Shown here: piece after piece, positions 1 through 7,071 of the stretch
How the letters are laid out: every line of letters begins with the position of its first letter
Position numbering within the stretch: the stretch's first letter is position 1
Source: Chloroflexota bacterium
Lineage (GTDB): Bacteria > Chloroflexota > Dehalococcoidia > Dehalococcoidales > JAZDNC01
DNA: 63,028 bases
NCBI GenBank assembly: GCA_043800335.1
Contig: JAZDNC010000049.1
Span: forward strand, 1 to 63,028
Direction of reading: 5' to 3'
Position numbers and translations under genes: made by a program
The notes under the pieces: model-generated
Databases searched by the model: none
Told to the model about the DNA's origin: nothing
Seen by the model: only the letters and a program-made list of their open reading frames with translations

Positions 1-1
1 A

Positions 2-331
2 GCGCTGAAGGATGATGATTTGATTTTCAGTGACCTTGAAGGTAAGCCACTTCTACCGGATACTGTTACCCATGCCTGGATTAAGCTGGTGAGACGTACT
101 GGCTTTAATGGAATCCGCTTGCATGACGCCCGGCATACTCACGCCTCTCTAATGCTAAAACAGGGAGTACACCCGAAAATAGTCCAAGAGAGGCTAGGCC
201 ACGCCAGCATACAGATAACCCTTGATACCTATAGCCACGTAGCCCCTGGACTTCAAGAAGCTGCCGCCGCAGGCTTTGACAAGATGGTGTTACCCATGCG
301 TGAAAAGGTAGCGGTTGAAAACCATTATTAG
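2..331 (+). CDS. Tyrosine recombinase / phage-type integrase, C-terminal catalytic part (5' end outside window)
   Basis: Frame is open from the window edge. HDARHTHASLML...ERLGHASIQITLDTYSHV matches the R/HxxR/Y catalytic box pattern of tyrosine recombinases. Confidence 0.85.
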   Translation, partial: ALKDDDLIFSDLEGKPLLPDTVTHAWIKLVRRTGFNGIRLHDARHTHASLMLKQGVHPKIVQERLGHASIQITLDTYSHVAPGLQEAAAAGFDKMVLPMREKVAVENHY

Positions 332-343
332 CAAATTATTAGC

Positions 344-386
344 AAAAATGAAAAAGCCCCCGGACTCTGTTAAAGATTTGGGGGCT
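344..386 (-). terminator. Intrinsic terminator downstream of tRNA-fMet (minus strand)
   Basis: 7-bp stem AGCCCCC (355-361) / GGGGGCT (380-386). On the minus strand it is followed by TTTTTCATTTTT (plus 344-355). The loop is long (18 nt). Confidence 0.55.
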
Positions 387-402
387 CTTTAGCTTCAAAT
401 AT

Positions 403-477
403 TGGTAGCGGGGGTTGGACTCGAACCAACGACCTTCGGGTTATGAGCCCGACGAGCTGCCACTGCTCCACCCCGCG
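403..477 (-). tRNA. Initiator tRNA-Met (anticodon CAU), CCA encoded
   Basis: Reverse complement reads CGCGGGGTGGAGCAGTGGCAGCTCGTCGGGCTCATAACCCGAAGGTCGTTGGTTCGAGTCCAACCCCCGCTACCA. It folds as a cloverleaf with a CUCAUAA loop, GGG/CCC in the anticodon stem and an unpaired 1:72 (C x U), all typical of bacterial initiators. Confidence 0.93.
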
Positions 478-554
478 TCAACCTTAGTAGTATAGGCTAA
501 GGCGGGAAAATAAGTCAAATTTCCGCAGGCTTCGAAAAGCGTGTTGAGGTTGCT

Positions 555-854
555 TTAGCTTACCGCCTTGACCTTGCTCTCGATGGTGGCGAGCTTGTCG
601 CGCCGGTCATCTATCTTGAGCATGGTGAGTACCCGCTTTGAGCCCATCTCAAAGGGCACCTCGTGCATCACCTGGTAGAGGGCAAGCACCCGCACCAGTG
701 GCCCCTGGATAATGGTTGACATCGCCGTGACGTGAAAGGTGATGTCCTTGGCTTCCTTCAGAATGGTGAGACAGCGGGCGACGTACTTTGACACGTCCGG
801 AGTCTCCGTGCCGATGGGCACCACCGACACTTCGGCAATAACCTGCTCTTTCAT
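555..854 (-). CDS. MTH1187/YkoF-like (DUF77) thiamine-binding family protein
   Basis: 99 aa. The pattern EVSVVPIGT...VSKYVA..L..L....I.F.V.AM.T.I.G resembles the DUF77 family. Confidence 0.65.
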   Translation of the reverse strand: MKEQVIAEVSVVPIGTETPDVSKYVARCLTILKEAKDITFHVTAMSTIIQGPLVRVLALYQVMHEVPFEMGSKRVLTMLKIDDRRDKLATIESKVKAVS

Positions 855-925
855 CTGAACACCCCCTCTTAAATATCATAGCCCAAACCACTCCCTTTGA
901 CCATAACCGGAATGGTTTTGGTTGG

Positions 926-1192
926 GTCATTGCGAGAAGCCCTGACGCTTCGCTCAGGGTAAACTTCGCGATGTGGCAATCCGCCAGTGTCATTCCTGCG
1001 GAAGCAGGAATCCAGAGGGGAAGAGGGGTGTGGACTCACGGGTCAAGCCCTTCAGGGAGGACCTTCAGGGTGGTTCCACTGAGGTCACTCGTTCCGATTA
1101 GTCGTCAGAGTGAACCACGAAGTGAACCCGACAATGACAAGGAGGTGAGTGAATTAAATGAGATTGCCACGGGCTGAAGCCCTCGCAATGAC
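926..1192. repeat. Cluster of modular palindromic intergenic repeats (units A, B, C, D)
   Basis: Contains gtcattgcgag...gcaatcc, tgtcattcctgcggaagcaggaatccag, gggtcaagcccttcaggg...tgaacccgacaatgaca and gattgcc...ctcgcaatgac. The same units recur at about 10 other loci in the window. Confidence 0.9.
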
Positions 1193-1207
1193 ATCAACTT
1201 TTACCCA

Positions 1208-1236
1208 TTGACATCGGGCGGGATATTAGCTATGAT
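1208..1236 (+). promoter_or_regulatory. Sigma-70-type promoter of the fur-family operon
   Basis: TTGACA (1208-1213), 17-nt spacer, TATGAT (1231-1236). Confidence 0.6.
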
Positions 1237-1251
1237 AAACGAAAATCGTTT
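1237..1251 (+). promoter_or_regulatory. Palindromic operator candidate (Fur/Zur-box-like)
   Basis: AAACGA-AAA-TCGTTT is a perfect 6-3-6 inverted repeat. It lies immediately after the -10 box and before the SD GGGAGA and ATG 1268. Confidence 0.45.
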
Positions 1252-1267
1252 TCATTTGGGAGATAGA

Positions 1268-1720
1268 ATGCTCGCCAGTGAGAAAAGGCTGGTCAGTGCC
1301 CTCAGGCAGAACGGCTTCAAACTTACCCCCGGACGCCGTTTGCTTATTGGTCTAATCACAGCCAGCCACGAGCACCTTACCCCGGCTGAGCTGTTTGAGC
1401 GGGCGAGAAAGATAAACCCAGGCATATCACTGGTCACCGTCTACCGCACGCTGGAGCTCCTCATGGGACTTGGCTTTATCTGCCAGGTGCACAGCGAAGG
1501 TGACTGCCATAGCTATCTCCTGAGACCCGAAGCTCGCCACCACCATCATCTGGTCTGCGCCGACTGCGGCAGGGTTATAGACTTTACCGGCTGTAACCTG
1601 AGCGCTCTTGAGGCAAGGATTACCCGGAAGACGGGCTTCAAGGTAGAGAGCCACCTGCTAGAGTTCTCAGGGAAGTGCGCCAGCTGTCTCGGTAAACCTG
1701 TCGGAGAAAGCAGTGGCTAG
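1268..1720 (+). CDS. Fur-family metal-responsive transcriptional regulator
   Basis: Winged-helix N-terminus (LTPGRRLLIGLI...SLVTVYRTL), an HHHH run, and CxxC...CxxC (CADCG, CASC). Start set at ATG 1268 (GGGAGA SD) rather than the track's TTG 1208. Confidence 0.8.
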   Translation: MLASEKRLVSALRQNGFKLTPGRRLLIGLITASHEHLTPAELFERARKINPGISLVTVYRTLELLMGLGFICQVHSEGDCHSYLLRPEARHHHHLVCADCGRVIDFTGCNLSALEARITRKTGFKVESHLLEFSGKCASCLGKPVGESSG

Positions 1721-2363
1721 GCGTATCCTCTACGAGCTGAGAGAGCACATCCCCTTTACTGCTCTGGGTGCTCTAAGCGGGATTATCATTCTGGTCATAA
1801 TCATGCTAACTCATACCCCCCAGCCGATTTCAGAAACTCTTTTCTATTTCTCTCATCCCCTTCACGTCCTTCTCAGTTCTCTGGTGACTACCGCCATGTA
1901 CCGGAAATACGGTAGCGGCAGATGGTGGCAGACAATACTTATCGGCTATCTGGGCACCGTTATCCCGGCAACCCTGAGCGATGTCATCATCCCCTATCTG
2001 GGAGGCAGTCTGCTCAGGGCGCAGATGGAGTTTGAGCTCCCTTTCATTGATGCCGGCATCATGCCTGTTTTTGGCATCGCCAAGTGGCAGATAGTGAATC
2101 TTATGGCGCTAATTGGCATCGCTATTGGCTATCTGAAGCCGCTAACCAAAATTCCCCACGCCGGACATGTCTTCCTCAGCACCTGGGCATCACTCTTCTA
2201 CTTCACCGCCTTCGGTCTTGCCAACTGGCTCTCCTTACTGCCCCTTGTTTTTATCTTTTTGTTCCTGGCAGTCTGGCTCCCCTGCTGTCTGAGCGATATT
2301 GTCTTCCCCTTATTTTTTGTTCCTAGCACACCAAAGTCGAAAGGAGTAGTATATAACACATGA
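1713..2363 (+). CDS. Polytopic integral membrane protein, function unknown (possible metal permease)
   Basis: 216 aa with several hydrophobic helices and conserved His residues. Overlaps the fur stop by 8 nt and the next gene by 4 nt. Confidence 0.6.
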   Translation: MARRILYELREHIPFTALGALSGIIILVIIMLTHTPQPISETLFYFSHPLHVLLSSLVTTAMYRKYGSGRWWQTILIGYLGTVIPATLSDVIIPYLGGSLLRAQMEFELPFIDAGIMPVFGIAKWQIVNLMALIGIAIGYLKPLTKIPHAGHVFLSTWASLFYFTAFGLANWLSLLPLVFIFLFLAVWLPCCLSDIVFPLFFVPSTPKSKGVVYNT

Positions 2364-3208
2364 ACCTTCGCTTTGTTACCCTCAATGAGAATACGGCAAG
2401 CCGGAATGACCTCATCGCCGAGTGGGGTCTTTCAATTCTGATTGAGAGCGAAGAGGGCAATATCCTCCTTGATACAGGAGCAACCACCTCCGTTTGCCAC
2501 AATGCCCAGGTACTGGGCGTTGACCTCAAGAAAATCGACAAGATTGTGCTGAGTCACGCCCACCGCGACCACACCGGCGGATTGAGAGAGCTTCTCCACC
2601 TGATAAAAAAGAAGGAGATAGAAGTTGTTGCCCACCCTGATATATGGCAACCCAAATACGGGCGCCATCCAGAGGAAGGTGACCGCTACTCCGGTGTTTC
2701 TTTCGTCCGCGAGGAGCTGGAGAACCTGGGGGCACGCTTCAACATATCAAGAGAGCCGGTGAAGTTGACTCCGCATATTATGACCACCGGTGAAGTCCCG
2801 ATGGTCACTGATTTCGAGCAGATTGACGCCAGGCTTTTTGTCAGGACAGAGCGTGGTCTTGAGCCGGATAAGCTCATGGATGACCTGGCGATTGTTATTA
2901 CCACCGAAGATGGACTCATTGTTGTCTCAGGCTGTGCCCACCGCGGCATCGTCAACACCATCTATCAAGCACAGAAGGTTACTGGTGTCAAAAAGGTAAA
3001 GATGGTAATTGGGGGGACGCACCTTATTCGCACCTCTCCGGAGAGGATAAAAAAGACAATTGCCGTCTTCATAGAGCTGGGGCTGGAGAAAATCGGGGTC
3101 TCCCACTGTACCGGGATGCCAGCGGCGGTAGCCCTCTCTCAAGCGTTCGGCGAGAAATTCTTTTTCAATAATGCCGGGACTATCACCAAATTTCCTTTTG
3201 AGAGATGA
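2360..3208 (+). CDS. MBL-fold metallo-hydrolase
   Basis: HxHxDH motif ([11 protein letters not shown]). N-terminus EWGLSILIE...ILLDTG is typical of the MJ0301-like MBL subgroup. Confidence 0.8.
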   Translation: MNLRFVTLNENTASRNDLIAEWGLSILIESEEGNILLDTGATTSVCHNAQVLGVDLKKIDKIVLSHAHRDHTGGLRELLHLIKKKEIEVVAHPDIWQPKYGRHPEEGDRYSGVSFVREELENLGARFNISREPVKLTPHIMTTGEVPMVTDFEQIDARLFVRTERGLEPDKLMDDLAIVITTEDGLIVVSGCAHRGIVNTIYQAQKVTGVKKVKMVIGGTHLIRTSPERIKKTIAVFIELGLEKIGVSHCTGMPAAVALSQAFGEKFFFNNAGTITKFPFER

Positions 3209-4134
3209 CGGCAAATCTGGAAATACAGCTTGCCCCCAGACACCGAAGCGGGCTGGTGCTTAAAAACCCGGTCATGACCGCCTCGGGCACCTTCGGCTAC
3301 GGCATAGAATTTAGCGAATTCTTTGATATCCAGCGTCTGGGGGCGATTGTCTGTAAGGCGACCACCCTGAAGCCGACCCGGGGCAACCCCCAGCCCCGGA
3401 TTGCCGAGACTGCCTCGGGGATGCTGAATGCCATTGGTCTACAAAATGACGGAGTAGAGCACCTTATCAAAGAGAAAGCCCCCGTCTGGGCGAAGTGGCG
3501 GGTGCCGGTCATTGTGAATATCGCTGCTGACAGTACCGGAGACTATGCCGAATTGGCGAGACGCCTCGACGGTGTTCCCGGCGTTGCGGGGCTTGAGGTG
3601 AATATCAGCTGTCCCAATGTCGCCACGGGCGGTGCCGCCTTCGGTGCCTACTGCGCGCCGGCGGGTGAGGTCACCAGCGCAGTGAAGAAGGCGACCTCGC
3701 TTCCGGTCATCGTAAAACTTACTCCCAACACCACCGACATCGCTGAGGTAGCCAGAGCCGTTGCCGATGCCGGGGCGGACGCCATCTCTCTCATCAATAC
3801 CCTTAAGGGCATGGCGATTGACATTAAGAAGCGCAAACCTCTACTTGGCAACGTCACCGGGGGTCTTTCCGGTCCGGCAATCAAGCCCGTCGCTCTCTAC
3901 ATGGTCTACGAGGTGGCAAAAGCGGTCAAAGTCCCCGTCGTCGGCGTCGGGGGTATTGTGAGCGCTGGTGACGCTATTGAGTTCATCATGGCGGGGGCGA
4001 GCGCCCTCCAGGTCGGCTCCGCCAGCTTCAGAAATCCACAGGCAGCGCTCGATGTTCTGCTGGGGATTGAAGAGTTCTGCGCTAAAGAGGGCGTGGGAGA
4101 CATCAAAGAGCTAATCGGGGTGGCTAGAGTCTAG
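3205..4134 (+). CDS. pyrD: Dihydroorotate dehydrogenase, class 1 catalytic subunit
   Basis: [26 protein letters not shown] and GGI..G.DA.EF..AGA motifs. Confidence 0.88.
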   Translation: MTANLEIQLAPRHRSGLVLKNPVMTASGTFGYGIEFSEFFDIQRLGAIVCKATTLKPTRGNPQPRIAETASGMLNAIGLQNDGVEHLIKEKAPVWAKWRVPVIVNIAADSTGDYAELARRLDGVPGVAGLEVNISCPNVATGGAAFGAYCAPAGEVTSAVKKATSLPVIVKLTPNTTDIAEVARAVADAGADAISLINTLKGMAIDIKKRKPLLGNVTGGLSGPAIKPVALYMVYEVAKAVKVPVVGVGGIVSAGDAIEFIMAGASALQVGSASFRNPQAALDVLLGIEEFCAKEGVGDIKELIGVARV

Positions 4135-4138
4135 CATT

Positions 4139-4233
4139 TGTCATTATCGGGCTTGACCCGATAATCCAGAAGATTGAGGAAACTATTGGCGTATGGTCCA
4201 AGCTTTAGATTCCCGCTTACACGGGAATGACAG
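4139..4233. repeat. Palindromic intergenic repeat units (C- and B-type)
   Basis: Hairpins tgtcattatcgggcttgacccgataatccag and agattcccgcttacacgggaatgacag. Confidence 0.85.
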
Positions 4234-4243
4234 TCATTAGTCT

Positions 4244-4819
4244 TCAGGAAACGAAGTCCTTGCCTGCCCTGAAAGCCTGTGCGAGCGCACCAGGCACGTT
4301 CTTGATTGCCCCCTTCTCATCCACCCCGGGAAAGAGGAGTGCCCCGGTGTATTTAATGTCAAGCGTGAGGTATAGGGTCTTGACCGTGACCAGAGCCGAC
4401 TCAAAGAGAGAAGTGCTGGTGCCGCCCCTCCCGCTCACGGCGACGAAAAGTCCCTTTCTCTCCTTCCGGTCACCTAAAGGCGGGACTTTAAGCTGGTATT
4501 TACGGCTCCACAGCGCCTGACAGCGGTCAATCATGAGCTTCATCTGGGCGGTAAGCCCCATGAAGTGTAGCGGTGAACCCAGAACTACCCGGTCTGCCTT
4601 CTCCAGCTCGCTGTAAACCATCTGCATGTCGTCCTGGATACGGCACCTGCCCTCTTTCAGACAGGCATCGCAGTGCTGGCAAGGGCTGATTTTAAGGTCA
4701 TTCAGGACGATGAGGTGGGTCTCCGCCTTCTGGCTCTCGGCGCCCCTCAAGGCCTCATTAAGGAGGATTTCGGTGTTACCGCCGCGCCTGGGACTGCCGT
4801 TCAGGGCAAGTAGTCTCAT
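4244..4819 (-). CDS. Flavodoxin-like NAD(P)H-dependent FMN reductase / iron-sulfur flavoprotein family
   Basis: MRLLALNGSPRRGGNTE N-terminus plus a Cys cluster CQHCDAC...C. Confidence 0.75.
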   Translation of the reverse strand: MRLLALNGSPRRGGNTEILLNEALRGAESQKAETHLIVLNDLKISPCQHCDACLKEGRCRIQDDMQMVYSELEKADRVVLGSPLHFMGLTAQMKLMIDRCQALWSRKYQLKVPPLGDRKERKGLFVAVSGRGGTSTSLFESALVTVKTLYLTLDIKYTGALLFPGVDEKGAIKNVPGALAQAFRAGKDFVS

Positions 4820-5316
4820 TCGGCTTCACTCCCCATAGACTCAATAATAGCTTTTTCTCTTAAGCGCATCTTTTGCTCTGCCTCGCTCTCGCCGTGGTCG
4901 TAGCCAAGGATATGGAGCACCCCGTGAATGAGGAGAATGGCTAGCTCCCGCTTGACCGAATGCCCGTGTTCCCGTGCTTGAATTTCTGCCTGCGGGTAGG
5001 AGATGATGACCTCCCCCAGGTGTTTCACGCCGTCGGGGGCAAAGATGAAGACCGGCTCTTCCCCCTTCTTACGCTCCTTGCCACTCACCACCGGCTCGCC
5101 GGGTCTCATGGCGAAGGAGAGGACATCGGTGGGGGCGTCTTCACCCAGGTACTCTTTATTAAGCTCACGGATATGTTCCTGTGTGGTAATAAGGAGTCCA
5201 AGCTCCGAGTTTTCGGGGGCTTTCTCCAGCATGAGGGCGCTGGTGGCGACAGCCTCAAGCCAGGTTGAGTCAAGCTTATCGGCAAACTCTTCATCAATCA
5301 GGATGTTGATTTCCAT
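4816..5316 (-). CDS. ybeY: Endoribonuclease YbeY (rRNA maturation)
   Basis: HGVLHILGYDH zinc motif. Start moved to MEINILIDE (ATG 5316). 4-nt overlap with the downstream gene. Confidence 0.88.
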   Translation of the reverse strand: MEINILIDEEFADKLDSTWLEAVATSALMLEKAPENSELGLLITTQEHIRELNKEYLGEDAPTDVLSFAMRPGEPVVSGKERKKGEEPVFIFAPDGVKHLGEVIISYPQAEIQAREHGHSVKRELAILLIHGVLHILGYDHGESEAEQKMRLREKAIIESMGSEAE

Positions 5317-5392
5317 ATTTAAGATGATAGCATAAAGAGATAAGAAGCTGAAAAAGTGATAGACTATGACCACCAGAATTCAGGAGGATACC

Positions 5393-6103
5393 ATGGGCAA
5401 AAATATAGCCATCGGTATGATAATCTTATTCCTGATTACAGCTAGCTCTTTTCTAGTCAGTTCTTTTTCAGAAATCAGAAATCTCAAAGTTAGTTTGAAT
5501 AACACGACAACGATGCTGGGTGAGATAGCATCTCAACTGGAACAAACAGAGGGCAAACTTACGCAATCCGAGGCTAAATTGGCTCAGACAGAGACCGAGC
5601 TAACCCAAACAAGGAAGGAATTATCCCAAGCAAGAGTGGATTTGTTACAGGCACAGCGACAGTTTGAATCGGAACGTGCTTCATTGACCAAAGCAGCTGA
5701 AGATAACAGATTTTTCTTCTACTACATTAAGGCACAACAGCAGCAATATAGCCTTGATACTCTGGGCTTGCTGATGGATTATTTGTATTGGTTGAAAGAA
5801 TATCAAGCGAACGTGTTTGATTGCAGTGAGATGAGCGCCTGTCTTGAGCATTCGCTTGAGAATTTCGGCTTTCATACCTTAATCGCTGTTGGAAATTCAC
5901 CTGACGGCTCTGCGACAGGACACGCTTGGCTACTTGTCGAAACTGAGCCCAATGCATATATGCCTGTTGAGGCAACCCAACTGTCAGTTGTTTACTGGGA
6001 TAATCCCTATTTCAATAACTATTTTAGGTACGACCGCACTTTCGAGACTATACAAGACGCCTTAATTTATGGCCCAACAGAATTTGACTGGTGGACGTAT
6101 TAG
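5393..6103 (+). CDS. Membrane-anchored coiled-coil protein with transglutaminase-like Cys-His-Glu/Asp domain
   Basis: AGGAGG SD 7 nt before ATG 5393. N-terminal TM helix, Q/E/T-rich coiled coil, then FDCSEMS...GHAWLLVE...PVEAT. AT-richer than its neighbours. Confidence 0.6.
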   Translation: MGKNIAIGMIILFLITASSFLVSSFSEIRNLKVSLNNTTTMLGEIASQLEQTEGKLTQSEAKLAQTETELTQTRKELSQARVDLLQAQRQFESERASLTKAAEDNRFFFYYIKAQQQQYSLDTLGLLMDYLYWLKEYQANVFDCSEMSACLEHSLENFGFHTLIAVGNSPDGSATGHAWLLVETEPNAYMPVEATQLSVVYWDNPYFNNYFRYDRTFETIQDALIYGPTEFDWWTY

Positions 6104-6116
6104 CCCTTACTTGTCA

Positions 6117-6142
6117 GATTGCTTCGCTTCGCTCGCAATGAG
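6117..6142. repeat. Unit-A repeat copy (inverted orientation)
   Basis: gattgcttcgcttcgctcgcaatgag. Confidence 0.7.
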
Positions 6143-6177
6143 TGTTGAAGTTCTACTAACAAATCTAATCACACTTC

Positions 6178-6207
6178 TTGAGCAATTGCTTTTTCTTGTG
6201 TTATATT
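6178..6207 (+). promoter_or_regulatory. Promoter copy upstream of the truncated tRNA-Ser
   Basis: TTGAGC, 18 nt, then extended -10 TGtTATATT (6199-6207). Duplicate of the promoter at 6897-6927. Confidence 0.5.
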
Positions 6208-6215
6208 AAGGACAC

Positions 6216-6296
6216 GGAGGGATCGCATAGTGGTCTAGTGCGGGCGCCTGCTAAGCGCTTACACCGGATAAAAACGGTGTCGTGGGTTTAAATGCC
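6216..6296 (+). pseudogene. Truncated tRNA-Ser(GCU): 5' about 73-80 nt only
   Basis: 6216-6288 is identical to 6936-7008. Similarity decays inside the T-loop, and the 3' T-stem and acceptor strand are missing. Confidence 0.85.
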
Positions 6297-6321
6297 AATT
6301 GTAGTATAATCATATAACTAA

Positions 6322-6543
6322 ATGTTACAGTACTCCGAGCACGCCAAGGAGCGAATGAAGGAGCGAGGTATATCTCAACAGGAAGTAGAGGCTTGTGTTG
6401 AGAACCCTGACCAGAGTTATCCATCTGATGATGACTACGATTGCAGAAACTATATCAAAACGTTTCCCACCGGACGGAGAATACGGGTTGTAATCAATGA
6501 GCAAACCAAACTTGTAATCACGGCAATAGAGCAGGGAGGATGA
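6322..6543 (+). CDS. DUF4258-family putative toxin
   Basis: 73 aa. YSEHAKERMKERGISQQEVE is the characteristic DUF4258 N-terminus. Only 1 nt separates it from the next ORF. Confidence 0.7.
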   Translation: MLQYSEHAKERMKERGISQQEVEACVENPDQSYPSDDDYDCRNYIKTFPTGRRIRVVINEQTKLVITAIEQGG

Positions 6544-6544
6544 A

Positions 6545-6778
6545 GTGAGAATTAAATACGACGCGCAGGCTGATGCTGTATACATATACCTAAGCGATAA
6601 GCCATACGCTTACGGTAAAGACCTTGATGACTCCAGACATATAGACTATGCGGCTGATGGTACGCCAATTGGGATTGAGCTGCTCTGTGTCAAGAAAGGC
6701 GTCAATCCGGAAGACCTCCCCGAGCAAGCTAAGATTATTAGATTATTGGAGCAAAATCGCATCAAGGTCTTTGCCTAG
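6545..6778 (+). CDS. DUF2283-family putative antitoxin
   Basis: 77 aa, GTG start. MRIKYDAQADAVYIYL...IGIELL is the DUF2283 pattern. Confidence 0.7.
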   Translation: MRIKYDAQADAVYIYLSDKPYAYGKDLDDSRHIDYAADGTPIGIELLCVKKGVNPEDLPEQAKIIRLLEQNRIKVFA

Positions 6779-6896
6779 TATCCATTTCCTTTCGTCTTTC
6801 AATCTTTCAATACAACCTTTCAATACAACATTCACAGAGCAAAAGTTCAGACGCCTATTGCCTCGCTCTGAACGATACTCGCACTCGCCTCTCCTT

Positions 6897-6927
6897 CTTG
6901 AGCAGAAAGTTCTGACTGTGTTATATT
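6897..6927 (+). promoter_or_regulatory. Promoter of the intact tRNA-Ser
   Basis: TTGAAG, about 19 nt, then extended -10 TGtTATATT (6919-6927), 8 nt before the mature tRNA 5' end. Confidence 0.5.
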
Positions 6928-6935
6928 AAGGGCAC

Positions 6936-7029
6936 GGAGGGATCGCATAGTGGTCTAGTGCGGGCGCCTGCTAAGCGCTTACACCGGATAAAAACGGTGT
7001 CGTGGGTTCAAATCCCGCTCCCTCCGCCA
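6936..7029 (+). tRNA. tRNA-Ser (anticodon GCU), long variable arm, CCA encoded
   Basis: Acceptor GGAGGGA/TCCCTCC, CUGCUAA loop, variable stem ACACCG/CGGTGT, T-arm GTGGG-TTCAAAT-CCCGC. 94 nt. Confidence 0.93.
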
Positions 7030-7038
7030 CTCTAAATC

Positions 7039-7061
7039 CGCCCCCGGAAGGGGGCGTTTTT
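7039..7061 (+). terminator. Intrinsic terminator after tRNA-Ser
   Basis: cgccccc-ggaa-gggggcg followed by TTTTT. Confidence 0.8.
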
Positions 7062-7071
7062 GTAGGAGAGT

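Noticed and set aside
855-990. Looked for a TPP (THI-box) riboswitch upstream of the DUF77 thiamine-binding-family gene, and also upstream of 60738
   Set aside because: No CUGAGA ... ACCUGAUCUGGAUAAUGCCAGCG-like core is present. The upstream region consists of repeat units A and B.
649-1177. Track ORFs 649-993(-) and 971-1177(+). Likewise 4227-4520(+), 38280-38468(-), 46399-46599(+), 46470-46754(-), 50833-51021(-), 54322-54732(+), 54501-54914(+) and 6648-6929(+).
   Set aside because: They run through the palindromic intergenic repeat clusters. Their peptides are just translations of the repeat units; for example, the identical HSCGSRFTLVPLSHPFMVNLFRVNHEVNGFTVNGNLNATP appears at two loci on opposite strands.
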